Below, in pieces: positions 12,101-25,400 of a DNA stretch of 64,000 nt (the stretch's first letter is position 1; each line of letters opens with the position of its first letter). The notes below the pieces were generated by a model that saw only the letters and a program-made list of their open reading frames with translations, was not told where the DNA came from and ran no database searches. A program made the translations under genes and the position numbers. The stretch is from Ophelia neglecta (lineage: Eukaryota): positions 137,392,001 through 137,456,000 of the forward strand of contig OZ260661.1 in the NCBI GenBank assembly GCA_965285935.1, given 5' to 3'.

Positions 12101-15100
12101 GGCATGTCCCAAATTTGCGACTTGCAGTTTAGATTACATCTGTCCGAGATGGATATATTAAGGGTTTTATACAAAAAAATAACACTAGACGTAATACTAA
12201 AATACGGACTTGCTTTCGAAAAGTATGAGCTTGGTTGGCCTTCAGCAAATGAATTAATACTACTCGCTTCAGGTTAATACAATTCCATAGTGCTTCCTCA
12301 ACAAGCCAATATGTGCATTATACACTGTAGCTTGGCTGACCAGCTTCCGAAGGAAAACAAATACCGCATTGAATGCTCATTTAATATGTGTTGATCTTAG
12401 CAATTAGTTGTTTTCAATAGGTGTGTATTCAATAATGCAATCCCAAGACGAGGGTGGGCTGACTTACCGATGCAGACGCCGTGAATATCTTGCATGCCAG
12501 GTCGACATTGGCACGTGTAGCTCATATCGCCGACAGTGGGCACGCAGTCAGACCCCGGCTTGTCGCTACAGATGAGCGGATCGCTGCAAACGATCGGCCC
12601 AGAGCCTAGAAGGAAGATTTAAACAAGGTTTCAACAATCAATTGTATTCATCGTATATGTTTTATGTGACTTAAGGCATAATATATGGAAATAACATTCC
12701 TTCTCTGCTCTGTATTTGAGTCCAATAATAAGCCGAGCATTTAACTCCCTTTTGCAAACTGATAAATATATTCCTATGCAAAACGAATAATTTTTTTTGT
12801 CGATTATTCGATTACTCCTGCGGAGCCTGGAGTCCCCAATCTCGGTAATTACTGGGACCGGTTCCTGGAAGCGGTATTAATTCTAACATTAGGCTTAATG
12901 TGCTTGATCAGTCTTAACTTACTAAGGGGGGTCTCTGGATGCTGGATTTGGTCTTAAACCTGGCCAGTTTTGTCTTAAACTTAATCCTAGTCAATGGATT
13001 TAAGTTTCAGAAACATGAATTTACGCCGGTCTCACCTAATATGCATATATATTCCCGAAACTTAAGACCAATTCCAGAAATCGGACCTACGATTTTTCTT
13101 TTTTGTGATAACGTACTTGGAGTATACGGTTTTCCCGACCAGGTACTTTAAAAGTAATATATAATGTTATTTTAGATAAGGCAGTCGTGAAAATGGTTTT
13201 TTTTATAGAACTTCCCTACCAAGTTCTGCTTTTTGTTTGATTGCCCTACCCAAGGGTATATTTGCGCCAGAATCCCTACCCATTGATATTTATTTTGCCC
13301 TAGCCAAAGGTGTGGTTTTGATACCTCCAGCTGCACACCCGTATGCAAATTGTTTGAAAGAGCCCCCCCCCCCCCCCCCCGGGTGTACATGCAATGGACG
13401 CTAGTTACTAGAGACTTACCGTATTCACATTGTATTCCTGCGAAGCCGGGCAGACATTTACATTCGTACGTGTACTCGCCGTTGACACATGTGGCACCAT
13501 TCTGACACGGACTATTTACACAGTCGTCGGAACCTGACACGAACGAATTTTGTACACATGTAAATTATACTATATATCAGGGGTAAAGGGTCTGATGATC
13601 TTTGTACACAGTGCAACTGTGAATTAAATAGTGAAAATTTCAGTTTTAAATCTAAATACAATGCCGTTGATGATAACAGCTCTACACTACCTCGTGCTTT
13701 GTTGTCAAAACGTTAGTGACTAGAAAATAGGCCATTGAGACCGTATTTTATAAACCAAATCTTGTGCTTAGCACGGAGGATGACGGGCATTTGATTTTCC
13801 TGTGTACTAATCACCCAACCGCACAATTTTAACTATTTCCTTTCAAACTTAGGATTCAGACATCAGCTAAAGCTGTTAATTAATTGTTTTAACGTTATTA
13901 AGGCAATGTTTTACCTTTACATATTCCATTGTAATCGGAGAATCCAGTATTACACTGGCAGGATTTCACGCCTCCACCGGGTGAGGAGACACAAGTGGAC
14001 ATGGGTTTGTGCTTACAGTCACTGGAATCCCAACATTGGTCACCTTGGAACGATAAATACACAAGGGATTGGAAAGTATAAGAGCAAGAATCTTCAGCTG
14101 GATACTGCAAATGTCGGCATCCATATTATTAGGTGCTGATCATTGATGGATTTCGGGGGAGGGGAGCTCCGCACCCTACGGGGTGCGGCCTCGTCGCGGG
14201 TGGGGGGGGGGGGCACTCATCAGGAAGAACGCAACCACCTAAACATCAGTTAACATAAACTACTTATTACAGAAAGGACCCATATTGTACATATCGCATT
14301 GCGTTGCCGCGAAATAAAACTATAGGCCCTTTTTTTCTCGCAAATAGCGGTTTAACCCTTATCCAATTGTTTTGAGATGAAATGGCGGAGAGAATTATTT
14401 CTGTTTTGTCACATAATAATTGCTTGCAATATGCGCCATGTTTAATTCATATGTTTTCCTGAAACAGGAAGTGCTTGCATTTACTACACTGGTTATATAA
14501 GGTACAAAAAGGCACTACGTTACTTTTGAATAAACTATCCCATCGATATAATAATAAATATATTAACTATATGTCTGGATTGCGGCCACTATAGATAGAA
14601 GGTGGGTGAACTTACGGACTTTTTCGACACATCTTCTGTCAGGCCGGGAGTAGACCTGCCCGGCTGGGCAGGGAACGCAGGCATACGAGCCCACGAGGTT
14701 CTCACACATCTCCTCGCCACATATGTCAGGAGTCTGTACGCACTCGTTTAAGTCTGCAAAATAGATAGGATTCGCCTGAGGTCTACGTGAAACACGTGTT
14801 TAGTATGGAGGTCAATTGTGAGGTATTAATAACCAACATAAAAATACAGTGAAACCTGTGAATTGAGAACACCCATGCGACTGTAAAATGTTGGTCTTAT
14901 TATGGAGGTGGTCTGTTTAGACAGGTTATTTTATATTGAAAATGTACAGTAGAGTCTTCATATTAGTGGTCTGAATTGCCAGGTGGTCTGATTATAGAGT
15001 TGATCTTTAAGACAGGTTTCACTGTAACTGTGATTAAACTGAGACAGGTAAATTTAACTGCGTAAAGGTGCCAGATAGAATTCACTGTGTAAACAGTGAC

Positions 15101-17419
15101 AGATAGACGTACTCGTGTAAACTGTAACAGTTAGACTTACCTTTGTAAACAGAGACAAATAGACTTACCTGCGTAGACAGTGACAATAAGACTAACCCTC
15201 GTTAACGGAAACAGGTGGACTTACATGTGTAAAAGGTGACTGATAGACTTACCTGTGTATACAGCGACAATTAGACTTACCCTTGTAAATAGTGACATAT
15301 AGACTTACCCGTGTAAACGATGACTGTTAGACTTACCTTTTTAAACAGAGACAAATAGACTAAAACGTGATAACGGAAACATGTAAACTTACATGTGTAA
15401 TAGGTGACTGATAGACTTACCTTTCTTAATAGTGACAATTAGACTTACCCGTGTAAATAGTGACAGATAGACTTACCCGTTTGTCGGTTGTCGGATCCCG
15501 ATGACTCGTCTGTAAAATACAAAATACGCTTTTGGTTCCGTATGTGAGTCATTGTTATATTAGTAATACTAATTGAAACATTCTTATATGAACCCACCAT
15601 TTTCCAAATATGGAAAACGCTAGATAGTAAATTGTTCCAAACTCGAGATACGTAACTTACATTTTTTCGAATTGAAAAGTCCTAATCCAAATACTACTCC
15701 AAGTATCACAGCAAGGATCACTAACAGAAGGCAGCAAGTCAGAGCCCAGCAACATGGTCTTTAATAAACATTGACAATTAAATAGTAATGGTATTCACTA
15801 CCAAATAAACCAAGGCTTTAACGTAATTTTAGTAATGTTGTACACGCGTTCACTCTTTTATTATTTGATTTTATAATGCACACTGTTTTGTTTCAATCTA
15901 ATTTAATTTTCTTTCCATTAGATTTTACCTTACCTTTGCGTATGTACGTATAACTTGATTGATTTTTTAGGGCAAGTCCAATAACTCTTTTTCGTTTGGC
16001 AGTTAATGTTAAAAATACAACAAATTAACCTTAATAAAAGCATGCTAATATAAGTATTAATGAAAATTATTGAATGAAAGGGCCATTTGTAAGTCTCACC
16101 TTGCCCAGCATGGTCTTGGGCCCGGTCTTGGTCGTCTCTCCACCGACACTCCGATAGCTCTGAGAAAAGGGTAATATATGCATAAAACAACGAACGCAGC
16201 GTAATCATACGTTACGCTACACTACTCACAGTTTGTTGTTGATACAGTAACGTGATTTTTATAACATCAACATTGCATAATGTTCAATCTTAATACTTGT
16301 AGACATATAAGGCGATTTATAATCCACCAAATTGTTTCATTTTGCGATAAATAAACACTGTTGAAATTTATGTAAGCAATTCTAAGACAATTTGTGAGAT
16401 CAGGGACTGGAAAATATACTGCTATCTCTTGCAAACCTAGTTTTACCATTTTTCGTCTGTGCAGCACAAACTTCTGTCGTAAATACCTCTTTCTTGATGT
16501 TGTTTCCCTACCGTTCTCTTTGGGTTGACTGCAAAGCTTGGGTCGTTCCACAATGATGTTAGGATCATGCACACATTATTCCTTATGTTTTACGTGTAAT
16601 TATCATTTGTATTAAGACCCTCTGCATATGAACAAACTGCTTTCGATTACATAGGGAAGAGGCAAGCATATTTGACCTAATTTGCAGGTTTCCCTTCCCT
16701 CACACATTATTCAAACGACCGATACATGCCTAAGATCCCAGGTTGCATTTTCTGATAAATATGAATCAAATAATTTGTTTTCAATAGTTACCTTGGCTTT
16801 CTGTCAATCACCCTGGAAGACAAATCAAATATGTACAATGTTTAATGGAATATAAATGGAAAAATAGAGACGCCCGGACACACTAATTGTGGTTGCAGTG
16901 CATAACAAATGCCCCCCCCCCCCCCTCCTTTCCGCCCTTTAATTGTACTTTGATGGAATCAGAATAAAATATGGAAGAGCATCAAAACATTAATCTCAAA
17001 CTTGAATGGAATAAACGTGCCTACCCCTTTTCACCCATGATATGTAGTTTTTTTTAACGTGAGCCTGTCAGTTGTAAGAAGTTCTACTTTCGAGTAAAAA
17101 AGCGATACAAAAGTTATATGCCCAATAAAAACTCAGTCAGATGCTCCGAAAGATGCTCCGAAAGTCATGGAGCGAATATTTTAAAAACCGTAATATATTT
17201 TCTTGACCATATTGCCACAGATTGTCGTGATTTAATGTTTAATTGGTAAACGGGTATATACATTTCCTATAACAGGTATTATAAGTACACATTTCAAAAT
17301 TAAGCCTATATCCTAATTCACGAAATGGAACCCCAAATAAATGTTTTAACTCCCAATGTTACCGACATAGGACGAAATACTTACTCGGAGCGCCCTACTG
17401 GCCTGCCATTTTGCCTCAT
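5009..17419 (-). CDS. Gene A: type II transmembrane protein with 14 EGF/EB-like modules and a C-terminal jacalin-like lectin domain (~840 aa, 23 coding exons)
   Basis: Exons in transcript order, all GT-AG with an open frame: 17385-17419, 16792-16812, 16487-16528, 16100-16159, 15661-15758 (TM), 15477-15509, 14616-14753, 13915-14043, 13420-13533, 12468-12605, 11857-12000, 11414-11560, 10586-10699, 10064-10183, 9664-9768, 8763-8876, 8256-8384, 7301-7411, 6889-6999, 6586-6729, 6003-6141, 5334-5511, 5009-5167 (TAA). A possible further first exon ends ATGCG|GTAAG at 18258-18262. The two smallest N-terminal microexons are the least certain. Confidence 0.88.
6586..14753 (-). CDS. Gene A EGF-like repeat region: 14 phase-1 symmetric exons, including calcium-binding-type EGF and EB-like modules
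   Basis: Calcium-binding-type examples: 14616-14753 [26 protein letters not shown], 10586-10699 [37 protein letters not shown], 8763-8876 [29 protein letters not shown]-like C..KP.S.C modules lie at 13915-14043, 12468-12605 and 11857-12000. Confidence 0.92.
10958..11294. mobile_element. Two abutting copies of a Tc1/mariner-pogo-type MITE (family 1)
   Basis: TA-CAGTGAAACCTG...CAGGT(A/T)(A/T)CACTG-TA at 10958-11136, plus a second, left-truncated copy at 11135-11294. Internal AGACCACC repeats. Confidence 0.85.
11714..11886 (-). repeat. ~50-bp tandem copies of an exon 3' end plus donor site
   Basis: AACTTACCA(T/A)AGGGAGTACACCCCCACACATATCTT-like units at ~11717, ~11767 (partial), ~11800 and the real exon end at ~11850. 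Confidence 0.88.
12854..13087. mobile_element. Family 2 MITE (~230 bp, GGGCCCGGTTTC-type TIR, PIF/Harbinger-like)
   Basis: GGGACCGGTTCCTGGAA...TTCCAGAAATCGGACC; internal CTGGATTTGGTCTTAA is shared with the copies at 39095 and 40868. Confidence 0.7.
13190..13383. repeat. Dispersed repeat ending in poly-C/CCCGGG, related to the sequence at ~205-280
   Basis: CAGCTGCACACC(C/T)GTATGCAAA..TTTGAAA occurs at both ~13328 and ~243. Confidence 0.5.
14845..15026. mobile_element. Family 1 MITE
   Basis: TACAGTGAAACCTGT...ACAGGTTTCACTGTA, TA flanks, ~180 bp. Confidence 0.88.
15027..15485 (-). repeat. 28-bp minisatellite (~16 units), each unit carrying a copy of the GTAAGT splice donor
   Basis: ACTTAC recurs in a 28-bp register at 15135, 15163, 15219, 15247, 15275, 15303, 15331, 15387, 15415, 15443 and 15471 (the real donor). 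Confidence 0.92.
15661..15758 (-). CDS. Gene A transmembrane (signal-anchor) exon
   Basis: 98-nt exon, phase 2 to 1, encoding [32 protein letters not shown]. It is preceded by basic [13 protein letters not shown] and has AG/GTAAGT boundaries. Confidence 0.88.
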
Positions 17420-20400
17420 TTTTCTGCAAGAAAAAATAAAACCATTTGATGCCAAAAATGAAACATCTTTGCAAATACAGCGCAACCGCCGAAGTTATTA
17501 ACATATATTTGCCCCGTTACTCTTAGATTCTCACGTCTGGTGTGTAATGAGCAATTAAAAGACATAAATACAGGTGTAATTTGAAATGAAGATTTTCGAT
17601 CGACAGAAAAGCACGTTTTTGTAACACAGGAATCGATTACTCTTGGCCATAATAATTAGAACTGATTCATTAACCTAAATGTAAGCCATTATTCTCATGA
17701 GTGCCCTCCATAACATTCAATGATAGTGGGGTGGATGTAATTTACGAAGACGACAAATTAAATAACAAGTCCGTCAATACAGGCACAAAATAAAGACTAC
17801 TTTTAGCTTTTAACTCATCGAACTCTCATCCGTCGTGCCTTCTGAAATCGGAGTCGAATACAAAAGTATCCCTAATCATGCAAAAACATTTAACCAACGA
17901 GTAAAACCATATAATGCGTCCATTACTAGCTTAGTAGGGTTCAAACTATAATTTTCGTTGGCTTCTGTTTATGGTTAAACATTGTATTTTAAAATGAACT
18001 AGCGTTAAACACACTTTTTATTTATATTTCAACTGTCCATGGTGGTAACCACTTATTATAATCTCCTTTAATAGCTCCTGTAAAAGCTTCAAACTATAAT
18101 AGATATATTAGTCATGGCATTTACGTATAAAATGTTCACGACATGTAGACTTCACCAACAGATAGTTATTTGTTCTACATCTCGTATGAATCTAAGACAT
18201 TCTAGCTTTGCTTGTGCTGCGCGCCCAAATAATACTTGATTTTTTCTGCCTTCTTACCGCATCGTGCAGTACTTGAATAGAAAGCCCACTGATTGTTATT
18301 TATTTTGTTTAAGAATCACTCGGCCATGTCCCTACCAACTTTAGAGGAGGAAAGGTGTGATCCAAGCATGACGGAAAACACATCTATGCCTTCACCCAGA
18401 GTATAACATGAAAGTGCAGGCTGCTAGAATATCATAGGGAGATGGACCCTAGTTCATTTATATTTAACCAGGATCCGCCCTTGCCAGACGTACTATGGTT
18501 TATATAGAGGATGGGTGGAGCATAACTACTATCGGTTGAGCAGGCACGTTCTTGGGCCTGTCAACAAACGAAAAGAATTGTAAGTATTCGCAATTGTGCA
18601 CAACCACAACCAAGCATACAATTCTGCGTTTCTGGGCCTGGATTCATTCAAGATTGGACAGATGCGGCCACCCCACATGTTAAGCAGAAACCATTTTTGC
18701 TGTCATTGAAATCAATGCGCGCGCTCGCTTCAATAAACTTCTTCATTAAACAACGTGGAACGACACAGATTTAAAGGAAATAGATATATACTAAACTGCA
18801 GTTGAATTTGCTTAGTCACCGCGGAGATGATATGATCCAGACAAGAAGGGAAACTAATACATTACAGAATTGTTTGTTCAAGCATGCGCCATATTATACT
18901 AACAAGAGTATCCGATGACCGCGGGCTCGTTAAGGAAACACCGTTGTTCAAGCAACAAGCGACTGAAATAATTTCAATTCATAGCATTTCATAACAGTAA
19001 CACAAAAAAGACAAAATAAACTGAAATGACAAGTTGATCATAAACGGTATTTTAAATATTATTTGCACCATATGTCAATAACTCTTTGAAAACTACAGCC
19101 CTCTGCAGAGGGCAGATACACCTTTAGTTACTGATATTTAAAGTTGAAAGGGTTAAGTTAGAGTTTGTGACACCTTAGCCCTTGTACGTGTATACTACTA
19201 CGTGGATTCTTGACATATGTCACCAGGGAGCGCTGATACATAGAGCACTGGCGTTAAATTCCCAATAAGAAAGAATGTGGCCACCAAACTGTGATCATAG
19301 GTTTCTTATAGAATCATACGTGTTCCTCCTGCGCCCAAGAGATATTAAACATAACAACTGGTCGCTCTCTTAAAGGTCAGTCGGGTGGCCCCCTGTTCAG
19401 TTTGTTAATAACCGTGACCGTACACACCCTGAATAACAAATCGTGTTTTGCAAAGAAAGTGTGATAATAAATGCCAAAATACTAGGCCTATAAAGGCCCA
19501 TAAAGCTTAGAAGGGCGTTTGACTCGCTTGAATCACCTAAGGCGTAAGGATAATTTAATATGCCAGTAATGCTCAGAAAGCATTTTATTAAGATACCAGA
19601 CAAGAAAACGTGATTTTGAAATAATACAAACACATTTTGATGCCGAGTTCAACATAAATTTTATCCTTATATTTACAATAAATAAATATAACTATTCTGT
19701 ACGAGTTATGCTGCTTGAATTGTAAGACCTTATTGTATCCAAATTACATATTACTGTCTTTCAAACAGTCTAAACTCGAAATTTCATGTATCTTTTTTTA
19801 TTGCCTAATATAACAACCCGCCTCCCGTTTAATTAGCCTACCTATCCTCTCTTAGCCTCCCAATTCCAGCAAGTTGTCACATAACAATTGTTCAACCACA
19901 GATCTAAGTATTCTAGGACACGCATAACTGAGAGACAATAATTCGCCATACTGATATTTCGAAAAATAAGCTGCTATAGGAAAAGTGTATTTAACCAAAC
20001 TACGGATTGCGAAGCAGTGACATTAGACAGATGATGATATATGTATCATTTATAACAGCACCGTCTCTGAAGCGAGCTGTCAAGGTTTGATTAATACACA
20101 TTTATAGATACAGTGCATATGAGAATAAGACTTATAATATATGACAGTAAAACGCAGTCGTCTATTTATTGATATGAGCGTGACACAGAAAGTAATACGA
20201 GTCATATATGTTTTTGAATTTTCCCTAGCTTGTATGACCTTTACAAAGTCAGAACCTGTCCAAATATCTCTGTTTAAAATTGAAAAGAATCAAGCCAATC
20301 TCATCCCACAGCCACAGATGCCCGTATTCTTTAAGAGGCAGTGCCGTTTATCGACAGTCATAACTAAAAGAAACAGCATGGGTTTTTACGATTCATCCCC

Positions 20401-23400
20401 CTTTTAATTTCATCAACCGCACATAGTCCGCAACATACACGTATAGCAAATGTATTTTGAATGATATATAAATCTCATTTTGTTTGTGTGAATGACCTGA
20501 TATTGATATGAAGCCAAATACCACATTCGTGTAAGCTTTAACCTGACGTATGCAGTTTCAATAAAACATCTTATCGTATCTGATATTATCTTAAATATTC
20601 CATAGCAACATGATAACATATCCTTTTGAAGTTTTCAATAGTAATCATTATGATTGATTCTGAACACACCAACCACCTCTTTTACACAATGCATTACTTT
20701 TGGTACTAAATTATAAAATGTTTGGGTATGTTACGATAGAACCCTTACCATGTGTTTAACACAATTCTATATACGAGAAGCCATAAGACTAAGCCAAAAC
20801 TTACTTCTAGTGGAGAACCTCAGAGTATCCTAGAAAATATGTTGCTACTATCCCTTGAAACAGTCAGACTAATACTTGCATCCCTGCCTCTAGCACATTA
20901 CTGTTTTAAGGTCATTTTGGGTTGGACAACTTTGCTACGCCTTTTTTCTCTGGGTGGAGCAGGGGGTATACTGCATACACAATATAAAGGTTCCCTTAAG
21001 TAATCTAAGCGCTTGATTTATCTTGTACTTCAGAACTTGAGAAATGCATGATATACATTTCGAGTAAAATAAATGATAAACAAAATAGTTTTTATCAGAT
21101 ATATGGTTAAATATACGAATAAGTCAATGCATATTAAATAATGACATGTGTTACTTTAATAAGTATAGCCCCCTGTTGCCAAGGACTATGGTCCTTATGC
21201 CCAACATGGGCTCTTGGTTAACAGTCATGAAAGGACAGACTAGGGCCGACTTATGGCTGAAACCTCGCTCTGACTGAACGGCTTGTGAACATCTTGTAAG
21301 GAAGATACAAAGATGAGAACTGTTGATGAAAAAACACAGTGTCGTATATGGATCCTGTAAAATATGCTGAATTTCACATGACTGCAGCAAAATTCGACAT
21401 CTATACATGTTTCTAGTCATTCTACGTCGTTAGTTACAGGGCTTTAGTACGCTTAACGTCCCCAACATACCATGGTGAGAAGCTGAATAAGACAAGCTGC
21501 CGAAAACAAATTTCAAAACATACCATATAAGAAATATAAAACTAATTAGAAAAGTCATTAGACCTAGTATATGAAAATAATCCCCACTAGCAGTTGCATT
21601 GTGTCCAATTTTTGGATCCCACAAGTGTCCCCAGGTAGTGTTGTAAGGTGGTAGGGTTGGCGACCCCTGTAATAGGATGACTGGACGCTGGGCTATGAAA
21701 CCATCGCTGAACAAGCATGCTCATCCCTTAAACTGTCACACTTGTCATAAATCGGATATCTGTACAATTGCTCATGAAGTTGTTTGTATGTGTTTCCATA
21801 TTCATTATCTAGCTGATAAAAAGGACCGTGTCAGAGAAATAATATGGTTCCTGTTGACTGAGCATATACATACATTTCGATATATAAGCGGACAGGTCAT
21901 TTAAATGAAGTTATTAATTTAACATTTTATAACATGTTTGCTGTTAAATACTGCCCATGCCTGGAAGAATGCACGAAGCTAATCCTCGGGCATCATTGTA
22001 TTCCATGTTCTGTTCGACATGTCCAAGTCCCTTTGTTTGAAGATTTCCCGATACCAACCATTGAATCAATCGACAAAAGTTTGTTCTTTAACACAACTCA
22101 AAATCCAACCTTTTGTTGGAAAATTGAACTAACTAAACGTTTATGTATAGCAACAACAAAACGAGCGTTGCCTCGCTGGTCATGAAGAGTGAGCAGAGCG
22201 TGGCTCGTAAGCAGTAAAATACCCGTTTCCATGCTTTTTCTTCAATTGTGCTCCTTAGCTGGGGAAACTAGTGCGCGTAGCATGGTTTTCATTATCACCC
22301 CCCCCCCCCCCCCCCACCTTACCCACCCTGGCAACACATGATACAGCCCTAAAGACAGATGTATGTACAAAATAGACACCGTAGCCAGTGATAATATGTA
22401 ACCATTAAACTAACATCGTTGAGTTTCTACCTTGAGTTACAACTGACCTCTGACAATTGTTTTCTTATACAGATCACTTTCTTTAAAACTGTGTTATAAT
22501 CTGATTGCTAATGTTATGCTCTTGCCAATTCTTTCTGCCTTAAATATCTTGTCGTCAAGAATTGATCAACTTGCATTTTATGTATACGTGTTAAAGGTAG
22601 TTCCTTACTCGACACAAACTAGAATTGATTCAGTAATATTTTGATCTGATATATTGTGTACATTTCAAGGATATGTACCGCCCCCCCCCCCCAAGACTTC
22701 CTTTCATTTGATTGGCTATACTGGCGTATTCCTAGTATGTTGGAATTCGTCGCTCTTAGAAAGATATTACCTGTAATAGTGTTCCCGAAAACAATTGTAC
22801 AAATGTGCTTAATAATAGGATTAAAATTTTATCTTCTGGAGTCATTTGAGTGGATTAATTTCTTATCCCTTTTTACATCCATGCATGCACATGTATATGA
22901 TATCCATCCTGTTTTGGACACCTACTAACCCAATCCTATCCAAAATCTCGAGCCATTACCCCTCAGTGTCATCACCATTATCATTACTGTAAAATATAAA
23001 TGAGTTTTGTTGGTGCTAAATTGTAAATACTTTAAACAATTAAAATGAAATGATATACAATGTTATTGTACCTAAGTTCAACAATCATGAACAAAGCCTA
23101 ACTTGTCAATCTTAAATTCAACACATATAAGCTATTCTTAGCTTCAGTCTCCCTTGTGTCAATACACTTATATACGAAACAATAATAACTTGTACAATGT
23201 TTTACAGACAATAAACTCATTATCACATGAATTGGCCGCTCGGTAACCGTTCATGGTATCCGCTATTGGACATAATATGATATTTTACGATGTCATGCAT
23301 CAGCACATGACATCATATCACATCAAGGTTTGCAGTCCATTAAGTAGGTATGCACATGTGCATAAGGCAGATCACAATCAACGACACCCTTGAATTGAAG

Positions 23401-24187
23401 ACTGGGTCTAAATCATAGATAGCTGTATGTTAGCAGTCTCGCTATTAAGCAGTCTACTGTGCAATTTTCTATGTGGTACTGCTAATATTATACCTGACCT
23501 GCCTAAATATATTATTAACCCTGTCCAACTTGCTTGAACTGCGAGTTTAGTGAACATCTGTCAGGGGATTGTTGAATTTCATTGCATGTTAGTAGCAAAC
23601 CTGGTGTAGCATAAATGACCTATACTGTATTGCCAAAGCAAATTTTAGTGATGAGTGCGATTCCTATTATGAAACATTTGATTAAATGAATGGGCCTGCG
23701 GATGTAGACTCGAATTTGCGCAATAAGGTAATGTGAAATTTCGAAATACAAATTGTATCGGAACCATTTTAAAATCACTACATGGGTCACCATACACCTA
23801 ATAATATTTGATTATTTGATTCAATCCTTCCAAATAATTACGTTAATCGAACAGCTTTCGATCACTTGCTCTTGTTTTGCATGGGCTCACTATAAATGAA
23901 CTTCCTAAGCCTCTTATTATCAAAATATAATTAATAAGGGCAAGGTTTCGTTTTAAGGTGTCCCTCATTTTTTAGGGTATGGCGGTGGTTTTGCAGAATA
24001 ACAATGGCCAATCGATGGGAGGCAGCTTTTCAAATGCGTCTTGGCACAGCTAGTCATGTGTGTGCCCCGACATTTTTATTGACTTGCTGATAAACTACAA
24101 GGGAATAATTTATCTCCCATCTATATATAACCACAAATTATTTGACTTTAAATTGAGAGATTGTCTATGGTGGATGATCAACCAATA

Positions 24188-24424
24188 GGACCCGCTTTCC
24201 GGAGCTGTTGTTAACTAGGACTAAAATCAGTATTAAAATACCTTAATGGGTAGTAACTTGGTATTCGACGTTTCTAGAACCTATAGTTGGTCCTTAACCA
24301 AGCATCATTTTGGAGTTAGACGCATTCGTGGTTAATAGGTAAGGTTCCAGAAACACTGATGGACAGCTAATTTTAATAAAGTAATATAATGCCGAAACTT
24401 AAGACTGCTTTCAGAAACCGGACC
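24188..24424. mobile_element. Family 2 MITE, diverged
   Basis: GGACCCGCTTTCCGGA...CTTAAGACTGCTTTCAGAAACCGGACC. Confidence 0.6.
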
Positions 24425-25400
24425 TAGATCTGTAATATAACAGTACGCATTCAAGTTTTTTTTTTATTGTTGAAGAAGCATTCACCTTTGTATCTTGCTA
24501 GTGTAGTTATATCCATTTTGTGCGCATGAGTATTACGGTCCGGCCGATTCGGCCGAGTCTTGGGCTTTTTGGGCATGTGTTCCAGAAGCAAGCTAATTTA
24601 TTTGATAGATTCAACAAATAAGAAGGGGTTTTACACATTTCAATGACAATTTATTTTGAAGTAAACACAATAATAAGGGTTGTTCAGTACATCAGTAATA
24701 TAATGTAGGACTAACGATGCCTGGTTGCTAGGCCATTTGTGATGGTCGTGTATAATACATGTCCAACATTTCAAACCAAGTAGTTACAATATAAATATCA
24801 TGAAAGAACGACCAACTAATTACACATTTATAAAGCTATTTTGTAGTTAGCTTTCCACTTTAGTCATGGTAACGATTAAGTTGCGCAGATTAGCTTTTAC
24901 ACATTAGTATAAGCGATAATTACCAAACCAGGTCACGCCCAACTTCCAGCCAGCAATATTAACAAATGTATGTGACAGATTCGTCCAGTTATAAACAAGC
25001 GCTACCATGTCCTAGTTCAAAAAATGTCATTGATTACGGTAAAATATACCGAAAATGATTTTCGCTCCAATGATCATGGTAACATTTGTTTCATGCTCCA
25101 TATAACACAGGACCGGATTAGCATATAGAAAGGAGTTTCATCATTGCCGTAGAATCGTATTTATCTTTCAGTGGGACAGATGAATTCCCACGTGACCATA
25201 TAGAACTAATCACAAGACAGGGTAAGACACATGTGGGCGCCATTTACAGCGTTTGTGACATCACTACTTGTGCGGAAAGTCCTAGTATTTACATGCAATA
25301 CTGCAGTAATAAGTCTTCCAATCAATGTTTGGAGCAATTATGTCCTTAAGTAATATGACTGGAATTAATTATCAGTTCACTCCCAAACATCGTGATACAT

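Noticed and set aside
6586-14753. Calling the EGF genes Notch, Delta, Crumbs or fibropellin
   Set aside because: No LNR, ankyrin, DSL, laminin-G, CUB or avidin domains are seen. The TM precedes the EGFs and the C-terminus is jacalin-like, so no gene symbol was assigned.
15027-15485. CRISPR-like appearance of the regularly spaced 28-bp repeat
   Set aside because: No unique spacers and no cas genes. The whole unit is repeated, and the context is a eukaryotic intron.
20750-22200. Cluster of short ORFs with slightly higher GC
   Set aside because: No recognisable motifs or consistent splice pattern; possibly old transposon debris.
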